Shown here: in pieces, positions 23,572-31,952 of the stretch
Layout of the letters: each line of letters begins with the position of its first letter
Numbering within the stretch: the stretch's first letter is position 1
Source of the DNA: an uncultured Nitrososphaerota archaeon
Lineage (GTDB): Archaea > Thermoproteota > Nitrososphaeria > Nitrososphaerales > Gagatemarchaeaceae
DNA length: 32,000 nucleotides
Assembly (NCBI GenBank): GCA_963820505.1
Contig: CAWFZY010000005.1
Location: 418,046 to 450,045 of the forward strand
Direction: 5' to 3'
The notes under the pieces: model-generated
Databases searched by the model: none
Told to the model about the DNA's origin: nothing
The model's input: only the letters and a program-made list of their open reading frames with translations
Translations under genes and position numbers: made by a program

Positions 23572-26500
23572 ATGTCAGAGGAACCAAGGTTCTCTTCGGT
23601 CTACGACTGGAAGCTGGTCGAGCCGAAGGTCAGGAAATTCACCAAGGAAGTGGACTTCATCAGGGAGATCTCAAAGTCGATGGGGAAGAAGCGCAGGGTG
23701 GGCTACGTGGAGGGGCCGCCCACCCTCAACGGCGTGCCGCACATCGGGCACATACGCGGCCGGATAATGAAGGACCTCTGGTACCGGTACAGCACCCTCC
23801 TTCTCAAGAAGAACGTGGTCTTCCGGGCCGGCTGGGACTGCCAGGGGCTCCCTGTCGAGCTCCAAGCCGAGAAAGAGCTGGGGCTCTCGGGCAACAAGTG
23901 GGAGGACCTCAAGCAGATAGGGGAGGAGAAGCTCGTCGAGGCCTGCAAGCGGCTCCTCGGCAAGTACCTCCAGTCGTGGGAGGAGGCGGACGACCTCCTC
24001 GGCCTCCTCCTCGACCATTCGAAGGCCTACATGACCTACACGCGACAGCTACATCGAGCGGGAGTGGAAGTTCCTCGAGCGGGCCTGGGAGAAGGGGATA
24101 CTCGGCGAGGGGTACAAGGTCGTCCCCTACTGCCCGAGCTGCATGACCTCGCTGAGCCACGCCGAGGCGGTCCTCGGCTACGAGACGCTCGAGGACCCGA
24201 GCCTCTACTACAAGGTGAGGGCGTCGGACGGGAGCTATCTGGTGATCTGGACGACGATGCCCTTCACGGTCGTCACCGACGAGATGGTGGGCGTCAAGCC
24301 GGAGGCGAACTACGCCTACGTGAAGGTGGGAGGAGAGACCTGGGTCGTGGGCGAGGACAGGAAGGCGGCCCTCGCGAAGGAGCTTGGTCTCCCCTTCGGC
24401 GAGACGGTCAAGGTCGTCAAGGGAAGGGACCTCGACGGCCTCACCTACGAGCACCCACTGCTCAAGATGATACCCGGGCTCGAGAAGCTGCACGCCCAGG
24501 GGAGAATACACAAGGTGGTCGCGGAGGAGTTCGTGGACACCGAGACGGGGACCGGGCTTGTCCACCTCTCTCCAGCCAACGGAGAGGAGGACTTCCAGGT
24601 CGCCACGAAGAGGGGCGTCCCCGTCTTCGCCCCCATCGACGACAGGGTGAGGTTCACGGAGGAGGCGGGCAAGTTCGCGGGGCTATACGTCCGGGACGCC
24701 GACAGCGTCGTCTCCAAGCTCCTCGCCGAGAGCGGGAGCCTCGTGAACGAGGGGAGGCTCGAGCACGAGTACCCCACGTGCTGGCGGTCGGGGCACAGGC
24801 TGGTCTGGGTGGCGAGGCGGGAGTACTTCTACTGGATCGACAGGGTCAAGGACAGGCTCGTGGAGGCGGCCGAGAAGGTCGAGTATTACTTCGACGCGCC
24901 GAGGAACAGGTTCATCGAGTTCCTCAAGCAGTCACCCCCGTGGTGCATCTCCAGGGAGAGGGTCTGGGGGACGCCCCTCCCGATCTGGGTGTGCGCGGAC
25001 TGCAAGGAGAAGGTGGGCGCCTTCTCGCGCCGCAGCATCCTGGACAAGGCCAAGGAGCTCCCCGACGGGAAGGAGTTCGAGCTGCACAGGCCGTGGATCG
25101 ACAGGGTCGTCCTGAAGTGCCCGAAGTGCGGGGGCGACTGCCGGAGGGAGCCGTTCGTGCTGGACACCTGGCACAACAGCGGCTCGGCCCCGCTGGCGGC
25201 CTTCACCGACGCCGAGAGGGCCGAGCTGGTCCCGGTCGAGCACCTCACGGAGGGGATCGACCAGACGAGGGGCTGGGCGTACACCCTCCTCGTCCTGAAC
25301 GTCGTCTACCAAGAGAAGCCCGTCGCCCCATACAAGGCCTTCCTCTTCCAGGGGCACGTCCTCGACGAGAAGGGTCGGAAGATGAGCAAGAGCCTGGGGA
25401 ACGTCCTCGACGCGCTCGAGATGCTCAACAACGGCTCAGTCGACCTCCTGCGCTACTACATCATCTGGAAGAGCTCGCCGGTCGACGCGCTCAGCCTGGA
25501 CACCAAGGAGATGACAGGGAGGCCTTACCAGGTGCTCAACACGCTCTACCACCTCCACGTCTACCTCCAGCAGAACGGGGAGCAGGACGGGTTCGACCCT
25601 CGCAAGCACACGGTCAAGTGGGCGATGGCGAGGAAGCTGCTCACCCAGGTGGATCTCTGGATGCTTTACAACCTGCAGCAGGCCGTGACCTCCGTCGAGA
25701 AGGCTTACGGGACGGCCAGGTACAACGAGGCATGCAAGGAGCTAGAGCACCAGATAGTCGAGGTCGTGAGCCAAGGCTACGTCCGGATGGTGAGGAACGA
25801 GCTCTGGAACGACACACCGAAGGAGAAGGCGAGGAGGCTCGCGATATTCGCGGTGCTTGGGCACGCGCTCTCGACCGCGGACATGCTCCTGCACCCCGTC
25901 TCCCCTTACCTCTCGGAGTACCTCTACCAGGAGGTCTTCGCCGCGGATGCATGGGAGAAGCCCCTGCTCCTCCAGGACCTGCCCAAGGCCGCCCTCCCCA
26001 AGGCCGCGAAAGCTGAGGGCGAGGCGGTCGAGTTCGCTCTTATGGTGGAGGGAGCCTGCAACTCAGCGAGAGAGAAGGCCAAGCTGAAGAGGCGCTGGCC
26101 TCTCCGGAGCATGGAGGTCTACGTCCCCCCCGAGAGGGCCGCGAAGATGAAGCGGGCACAGAAGCTGATCTCGCTCCTCTGCAACGTGAAGAAGGTCTCC
26201 TTTGCCACGAAGGTCTCCTCCCTGCCCATCTCCGTGACGCTCACCCCCAACAGGTCGCAGATCGGCGCCCACTTCAAGGAGAAGACCAACGACGTGCTCG
26301 CGAAGCTCAAGGTCCTCGAAGGGGACGAGGCCTGGGAGACCTACAGGAGCGGCTCGCCCATCAAGGTCACCACCGCCAAGGGGGAGAAGCTGGAGGTCCC
26401 GGTCTCTGCGATGGAGTTCAACTTCCGTGGGACCGGAGACTGGGAGGCGGCAGCGAGGGGGGAGACCATCGTAGCGATCGAGAAGGTGAGGGACGACAAG

Positions 26501-26818
26501 CTGATGGCCGAGGGGGTCGAGAGGGACGTCGCTCGGAGGCTCCAGGCCCTGAGGAAGAAGCGCGGGTATTCGCCCGCGGCGGTGCTCGCCAAGGCCAGGG
26601 TCGCCGGCCTCGACGAGGAGACGGTCTCCATGCTCGCGCCGCTGAAGAAGCACTTGGCGTTCCTGGTCCGCGTGAAGGAGGTGGAGGTCATGGCAGACAA
26701 GACCGCAGGGGCCGAGTGGGAGGAGGACGAGCTTGACGGGAGGCCGCTGTACCTCGACGTCTCAGGCGGCCTACTCGCCGGAAAGGAGCTGGGCCGCAAG
26801 CGAAGGCGGAAGGCCTGA
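23572..26818 (+). CDS. ileS: isoleucine--tRNA ligase (one frame interruption at about 24040)
   Basis: MSEEPRFSSVYDWKLVEPKVRKF...PPTLNGVPHIGHIRGR (HIGH) in frame 1 up to ..SKAYMTY. Frame 2 follows: RDSYIEREWKFLERAWEKGILGEGYKVVPYCPSCMTSLSHAE ... KMSKSLGN ..., to the stop at 26816-18. The combined length of about 1080 aa is typical of archaeal IleRS. The track ORF 23542..26016 is an out-of-frame tail after 24040. Confidence 0.9.
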
Positions 26819-27478
26819 CTCGAGTATCTTCTTCGCGGCCCTCTCCATGTCGTATTCCACCTGCCTTGTCTCGACCTTGGCCTCTCCTTCCTCGACGCTG
26901 AGTATCGCGAACGACGCCCTCGTGTCCCCGTTGCGGGGCTGCCCCACGGAGCCTGGGTTGAAGACCAGACCGCCTGCCTCGCTCCGCCACTGAAAGGCGA
27001 GGTGCGTGTGTCCCAGCGCTATCACGTCGGCGCGGACCTTCTGCAGGTAGTAGTCGAAGAGGTCGGAGTGGGTCGAGGGAAGGACGTACTCCCACATCGT
27101 GTCAACCGGCGACCCGTGCGCCATGTAGACGCTCTTCCCGCCTATCTCGGTCGAGACCTCCCGGGGTAGAGACGCCAAGAACGCCTTGCTGATGTCGTTG
27201 AGGTGCTGCGAGGTCCATATCGCGGCCATCGCCGCCCGAGGGTTGAAGTCGCCCACGTCGCCATCGAGGGACGCTTGGTCGTGGTTCCCGAGGACGCACG
27301 TCGCGCCTATGTCGCGGAGAACCCGCACGACCTCGTTCGGCGAGGCGCCATACCCCACTATGTCGCCGCAGCAGTAGACCTTGAGCTTCCCTACTTCGTC
27401 GAGCACGGCCTCCAGCGCCTCGAGGTTGGAGTGCACGTCGGAGATGAATGCGACGCGCGAGGCCTCCTTGCCCTTCAA
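26771..27478 (-). CDS. metallophosphoesterase (calcineurin-like, YfcE/MJ0936-type)
   Basis: FISDVHSN, CCGDIVGYG, GNHD and HGSP...GHTH are the canonical MPP motifs. Confidence 0.85.
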   Translation of the reverse strand: MKGKEASRVAFISDVHSNLEALEAVLDEVGKLKVYCCGDIVGYGASPNEVVRVLRDIGATCVLGNHDQASLDGDVGDFNPRAAMAAIWTSQHLNDISKAFLASLPREVSTEIGGKSVYMAHGSPVDTMWEYVLPSTHSDLFDYYLQKVRADVIALGHTHLAFQWRSEAGGLVFNPGSVGQPRNGDTRASFAILSVEEGEAKVETRQVEYDMERAAKKILESGLPPSLAAQLLSGE

Positions 27479-27533
27479 TTGAGTCGGCGGTTTCCCGCGT
27501 TTAGTCGCTATAAGATTTCGCCATGGAGGCCGC

Positions 27534-28778
27534 TCACCGTGGGCCGGCGAACCGCCTCTGGATTATGCGGCTCCTCGTCTCGGGGAACGCGGCGACCTGG
27601 AGGAGCTCGTTGGCCGTGCCGGTCCTCTTCAGCATCCCCGCCAGCGCGAAGTACCACGCCGAACCCGGCACGGCGCCCTGGCTGTCGGGCAGCTCTATCC
27701 GCGCGATCCTCGTGAGCGGGTCGTACTCGGTCGAAGTGACCTCGTCGCCCAGCTCCTCCCTCATCATCGCGAGCATGAACTTGACGGTCGTGTCGAACGG
27801 CTGGCGCGTCAGCTTGGAGGACACCCGGGTCTCGAGCAGCCCGACCAAGGCCTCGCCGACGCACTCTATCGTCTGCTCGTCCTTCACGACCCGCGCCACG
27901 GCCTCGATGAACAGGTCCTTCATCAGCAGAGGGTCGACGAAGAAGGGGAGGCCGTCGACGAGCTGGAGCGACGAGATCGCCCTGCTGCTGGTCGAGTTCT
28001 TCCAGAGGCCGTCGAAGAACTCCCCACCGAACGCGCTCCTGAGCTCGCTGAGCATGATCTGGTATCCTCTCCCGGTCTGGCTGTTGACGATTATCAGCTC
28101 CGAGTTGTCGATGATGAAGACGCTCTTGGCGACGAAGTGCCTCCCGAACTTCAGCTTCAGCTTCGGGGAGGAGAACGGGAACTCGGGGACGGTCTCCGTG
28201 AGCGAAGAGACTATCCTCACCTCCGCATCGTGCCTGCACGCGCTCTCGACCTCCTCGATGCACTCCTGGATGAGGTGTAGGCCCCAGTTGTCGACTATGC
28301 ACTTCACCTCCCTCTCCGCCTTCAGTATCGACTCCTTGAGCTTCACGAGCAGGCTCTGCGACCCGAGGGAGAGGTACCTCTCCTCCATGACGTCCCCCGG
28401 GTTGATGTTCTTCTCCCTGACCTTCTTGAGGGCGGCCATCGACTTTCTGAGGGACCTCACCTTGCGCTCCCTCTCGACCAGGATCGACTGGAGCGCCTCC
28501 GGGGGCTGGGCCTCGAACCTCGAGGGCTTGCCGCCCTCGACCTGCCTGAGGAGGCCCTTCCTCGTGAGCTGCTGGGAGACCTGGTAGACCTTGGTCCGGG
28601 GCACGCCCGACGCGTATTGTATCTGGTTGACCGTGCAAGCGCCGTTTGACAGCAGCGCGTAGTAGACCCTGGACTCGTATTCCGTTAGGCCGAACCCCTG
28701 CAGGCCGGCAACGAGCTCTGTCGAGTCGTCGGCGAGGCTCATGCCCCTGGCTGCGTGATTAACTGCCATGTCGTTCAC
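27534..28778 (-). CDS. TrmB-family transcriptional regulator with extended C-terminal region
   Basis: N-terminal wHTH (GLTEYESRVYYALLSNGACTVNQIQYASGVPRTKVYQVSQQLTRKGLLRQVEGGKPSRFEAQPPE), a coiled-coil linker, a TrmB_C-like middle region and about 150 further residues. The most likely start is the ATG at 28742 (MSLADDSTELVAGLQGFGLTEYE), not the GTG at 28778. Confidence 0.85.
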   Translation of the reverse strand: MNDMAVNHAARGMSLADDSTELVAGLQGFGLTEYESRVYYALLSNGACTVNQIQYASGVPRTKVYQVSQQLTRKGLLRQVEGGKPSRFEAQPPEALQSILVERERKVRSLRKSMAALKKVREKNINPGDVMEERYLSLGSQSLLVKLKESILKAEREVKCIVDNWGLHLIQECIEEVESACRHDAEVRIVSSLTETVPEFPFSSPKLKLKFGRHFVAKSVFIIDNSELIIVNSQTGRGYQIMLSELRSAFGGEFFDGLWKNSTSSRAISSLQLVDGLPFFVDPLLMKDLFIEAVARVVKDEQTIECVGEALVGLLETRVSSKLTRQPFDTTVKFMLAMMREELGDEVTSTEYDPLTRIARIELPDSQGAVPGSAWYFALAGMLKRTGTANELLQVAAFPETRSRIIQRRFAGPR

Positions 28779-28786
28779 CGCGGTGA
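28775..28786. promoter_or_regulatory. perfect 12-nt palindrome TCACCGCGGTGA (candidate TrmB-type operator) in the TrmB/ESCRT-III divergent region
   Basis: The sequence is self-complementary. CGGTGAC is repeated 15 nt downstream (28781..28787 and 28796..28802). It lies 33-44 nt upstream of the probable TrmB ATG (28742) and 64-75 nt upstream of the ESCRT-III ATG (28850). Confidence 0.4.
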
Positions 28787-28831
28787 CTGGTTACTCGGTG
28801 ACATTTGGCATAAGAAGACTGGTCATCTACA

Positions 28832-29497
28832 TTGAACCAGCGAGTCAATATGTCCCAATTCGCAAGCAAGTGGGAGAAGTCAAACAGTGCCGGAATCACG
28901 AACCGAGTGCGTGAATCTGTTAAGAACCCTGGTCCCCTCAAGCCGAGGCTGGACCTGGCAGTAAGGCAGATTCAGGTACAAGTCGCGAAACTCGATGCAA
29001 CGTCAGCAAAGCTAAGGGAAAGAGACGCCTCGATCTTCAACAAGATCGTGTCATCTATCCAGAAGCATGACTCGCAGCATGCTTCGGTCTATGCGAACGA
29101 ACTCGCAGAGATCAGGAAGATGAACAGGATGGTCACACAGGCCAAACTGGCTCTCGAGCAGATCACCCTGAGACTGAACACCATCACCGAGCTAGGCGAC
29201 ATCGTCGTGACCCTCACCCCTGCAATGTCAGTGATTCGCAGCGTCAGGCAAGGGCTTGTCAGTGTCCTACCGGAGGCAGAAGGCGAAATCGGAGAGATAT
29301 CTGGCCTGCTGAGCAGCATCCTCGTGGATGCGGGCACAGTGGGAGGATACAATCTGAACTTCGAGGCTGCCAACGAGGACGCGGAGAAGGTACTTGCAGA
29401 GGCTGCAGCAGTCGCAGAGCAGAGGATGAAGGAGAAGTTCCCAGAGATTCCCTCTGGGCTCCCCTCGATGGAAAGCTCGACGGAAAGCACATCGTAA
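28832..29497 (+). CDS. cdvB: ESCRT-III / Snf7-family protein (CdvB-like), no winged-helix domain
   Basis: All-helical with heptad-like pattern: LKPRLDLAVRQIQVQVAKLDATSAKLRERDASIFNKIV...ASVYANELAEIRKMNRMVTQAKLALEQITLRLNTITELGDIV. It has an acidic C-terminal half and a Pro-rich tail, FPEIPSGLPSM. The likely start is the ATG at 28850. Confidence 0.8.
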   Translation: MNQRVNMSQFASKWEKSNSAGITNRVRESVKNPGPLKPRLDLAVRQIQVQVAKLDATSAKLRERDASIFNKIVSSIQKHDSQHASVYANELAEIRKMNRMVTQAKLALEQITLRLNTITELGDIVVTLTPAMSVIRSVRQGLVSVLPEAEGEIGEISGLLSSILVDAGTVGGYNLNFEAANEDAEKVLAEAAAVAEQRMKEKFPEIPSGLPSMESSTESTS

Positions 29498-29522
29498 AGG
29501 ACCCAAGCAATGGAAAACGAGA

Positions 29523-29571
29523 GGGGTGCCAGCCCACGCAAGTGGGAGCATCCCCTCATCTCCTCTTTTTT
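29523..29571 (+). terminator. stable hairpin with GCAA tetraloop followed by T6: terminator after the first ESCRT-III gene
   Basis: GGGGUGC (29523..29529) pairs with GCAUCCC (29548..29554), including one G.U pair. The inner stem is CCCAC/GUGGG around the GNRA loop GCAA (29538..29541). T6 lies at 29566..29571. Confidence 0.5.
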
Positions 29572-29790
29572 AGAATCCCGGCGCGCGAAACCTAGACCTG
29601 GCACAAATCTCTTGACAACAAAGAGAGAAGAAGATGCGGCGGGATCGAAGATTCGTCGCTTGTTCAGCGCTTTGTTTCCTTTTGTTGACCAAAGGCAAGA
29701 TTACTCAGATTCTAGTTCGCGTTCAGGGGACGTGGTAGTGGCGTTGTTAGCGGACGCAATGGAGCCAGTCGCGGCGGTGCCCACTTAGCA

Positions 29791-30660
29791 ATGGCGTCCA
29801 TGGAAGCTTTGCGGATTCTTAGGAGAGGCAAGGGAGGAGGGGACTACAAGGGGAGGATCGCCGTCGCCCTCCGAGACATCGAAGTGCAGCGCAAGGAGCT
29901 GGACTTGCTGAAGGTCCGCCTGGCGGAGAGGCGGCAGAAGCTCTTCGAGACGGCCGTCCGCGCCCTTCAGGAGAAGAACAAGTCGAAGGCCGCGGTCTAC
30001 GCCACCGAGCACGCGGAGGTGCGGAAGGTGTGCCGGGTCGTCGAGGCGAGCGAGCTAGCCCTGACGCAGGTCTCGTTGAGGCTCCAGAGCATAAGCGAGA
30101 TCGGAGACGCGATGCTCCACATGGACACCGCCTTCAGGTCGCTCAAGCAGATCAGCAAGGAGATGCAAGGGGTCATCCCCGCCCTCGACGCTGCGTCGAC
30201 CGACATCAACAGCACGCTCGTCGAGACGATGGCGCAGATGGGCCAGATCTCCCCGAACATCAACATCGACATCAAGACCGAGAATTCCGAGGACCTCGTC
30301 GAGCAGGCGAAGAGGTACGCCGAGGAGCAGTCTCAGCGACTCAAGGACAGCCTCAACATGATGCCAGGGAGGTTCGAGGAGCAGATCCTCCGCACCGCGG
30401 AAGACCACACGCCGCTCCTCGCGACGGGCGACGAGGAGGACGAGAACGTCGTGCTCGGGACCATCTACTCTGCGCCGAAGGACGCGAAGGTCGAATACGA
30501 GGTGCTCAGCTACGCTGCGACCCACGAAGGGGCGCTCGACATATCGAGGACCTCTCAGCAGCTCGGCATCCCCCAGGACCTGGTCGAGGAGTCGATGATA
30601 CACCTGGTCGCCCAGGGCAAGGTTAAACCGTCACCTCCGAGGAGTAGCGACTCACGATGA
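29791..30660 (+). CDS. cdvB: ESCRT-III / Snf7-family protein with C-terminal winged-helix-like domain (CdvB-type architecture)
   Basis: The Snf7-like core (IAVALRDIEVQRKELDLLKVRLAERRQKLF...AAVYATEHAEVRKVCRVVEASELALTQVSLRLQSISEIGDAM) is followed by an acidic linker, then VEYEVLSYAATHEGALDISRTSQQLGIPQDLVEESMIHLVAQGKV (wH-like). The stop overlaps the vps4 start (ATGA at 30657-60). Confidence 0.8.
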   Translation: MASMEALRILRRGKGGGDYKGRIAVALRDIEVQRKELDLLKVRLAERRQKLFETAVRALQEKNKSKAAVYATEHAEVRKVCRVVEASELALTQVSLRLQSISEIGDAMLHMDTAFRSLKQISKEMQGVIPALDAASTDINSTLVETMAQMGQISPNINIDIKTENSEDLVEQAKRYAEEQSQRLKDSLNMMPGRFEEQILRTAEDHTPLLATGDEEDENVVLGTIYSAPKDAKVEYEVLSYAATHEGALDISRTSQQLGIPQDLVEESMIHLVAQGKVKPSPPRSSDSR

Positions 30661-31952
30661 GCGTCGTAGCAGCGAGAGAGCTGGAAGAGGATGCCAGGAA
30701 ATACGCGGGCGAGGCTATCCGCCTCGACTCTCAGGGAGCCCACGGGATGGCCATCCAGAGCTACCAGAAGGCGATCTCCACGCTGATAAAGCTCGTCAGG
30801 CTCTATCCCGACTACAGGCTCAACAGGCACTACATGGACAAGGCCTCCATCTACCAGGAGCGCGTCAAGGCCATCCAGCAGGCGCACGGGCTCGTCCCGC
30901 AGGACACGCCGCAAGAGGGCTCGAACTTCTCGATCATGGGACCAAGCGGAAACAGCAGCGGCAGCGCCCGCACCGAAGGGGAGACGTCGAGCCCGGTCGC
31001 GCTGACCGGCGGCGAGAGGGGCAACGGAAACGGGGCCGGCAGCCCGGGCAATGGCCCCCAGATGGTCCCCCAGCTGAAGGCGTCCTTCAACGAGCTCGTC
31101 ATCCGCGAGAAGCCCAACGTGAAGTGGGACGACGTGATCGGCCTCGACGACGCAAAGAGGGCGATAAGGGAGTCGATCGTATTTCCGTTCGAGAGGCCCG
31201 ACCTCTTCCCTCTGGGGTGGCCGCGCGGCATCCTGCTCTACGGCCCGCCCGGATGCGGGAAGACCATGCTCGCGGCGGCGACCGCCGCGGAGATAGAGGG
31301 CTACTTCATCTCGATCGACGCCGCCTCGATAATGAGCAAGTGGCTCGGCGAGGCGGAGAAGAACGTCTCGAAGCTCTTCACGGAGGCCAGGAAGCTCCTC
31401 GACAAGGGCAGCCCGGTGATAATATTCATCGACGAACTCGACTCGATCCTGGGCAGCAGGACCAATGAGGTCGGCGGCGAGACCAGGGTGAGGAACCAGT
31501 TCCTGAAGGAGATGGACGGCATCCAGGACAAGGGGAACCACGTCCACCTTTACACGGTGGGCGCCACCAACAAGCCGTGGGCGCTGGACTGGCCGTTCCT
31601 CCGCAGGTTCGAGAAGAGGATCTACATCCCGCTCCCCAACTTCGAGGGCAGGATGTCGATGTTCAAGAGCTACACCGCGCCGATCAACGTGGACGCCGGG
31701 ATCAGCCTGGAGGACCTGTCAAGGATCTCGGAGGGCTACTCGGGGTCCGACATCCGAGACATCTGCCAGGGAGGCCAGCTCCGCGTGGTGAGAGAGCTCT
31801 TCGAGACAGGGAAGGCGCTCGACAAGAGCGTCCAGCCCCGGCCGATCGTGATGACCGACTTCAAGGAGATAATGAAGTCGCGCAAGCCCAGCGTCTCCCC
31901 GGACATGCTGCGGGCGTACGCGAACTGGGCAGAGCAGTACAAAGCCCTCTAA
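30657..31952 (+). CDS. cdvC: Vps4/CdvC AAA+ ATPase (MIT domain + AAA cassette)
   Basis: N-terminal MIT-like three-helix region (ARKYAGEAIRLDSQG...AIQSYQKAISTLIKLVRLYPD...YQERVKAIQ), a Gly/Ser-rich linker, Walker A GPPGCGKT, Walker B IIFIDELD, SRH ATNKPWALDWPFLRRF, and the Vps4-type C-terminal helix. Confidence 0.92.
   Translation: MSVVAARELEEDARKYAGEAIRLDSQGAHGMAIQSYQKAISTLIKLVRLYPDYRLNRHYMDKASIYQERVKAIQQAHGLVPQDTPQEGSNFSIMGPSGNSSGSARTEGETSSPVALTGGERGNGNGAGSPGNGPQMVPQLKASFNELVIREKPNVKWDDVIGLDDAKRAIRESIVFPFERPDLFPLGWPRGILLYGPPGCGKTMLAAATAAEIEGYFISIDAASIMSKWLGEAEKNVSKLFTEARKLLDKGSPVIIFIDELDSILGSRTNEVGGETRVRNQFLKEMDGIQDKGNHVHLYTVGATNKPWALDWPFLRRFEKRIYIPLPNFEGRMSMFKSYTAPINVDAGISLEDLSRISEGYSGSDIRDICQGGQLRVVRELFETGKALDKSVQPRPIVMTDFKEIMKSRKPSVSPDMLRAYANWAEQYKAL

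Noticed and set aside
24041-26016. Arg/Gly/Pro-rich continuation of the 824-aa track ORF 23542..26016.
   Set aside because: It is the out-of-frame read-through of ileS after the frame break at about 24040. The genuine IleRS sequence runs in the 24143..26818 frame.
27508-28638. 376-aa minus-strand ORF and 354-aa plus-strand ORF (27523..28587) overlapping the TrmB gene.
   Set aside because: Only the 27534..28778 frame gives a recognisable wHTH/TrmB sequence. The others are compositionally biased alternative frames.
29510-29788. 92-aa ORF between the two ESCRT-III genes.
   Set aside because: It reads through the terminator hairpin and T6 run, lies in lower-GC sequence and has no coding-like codon bias.
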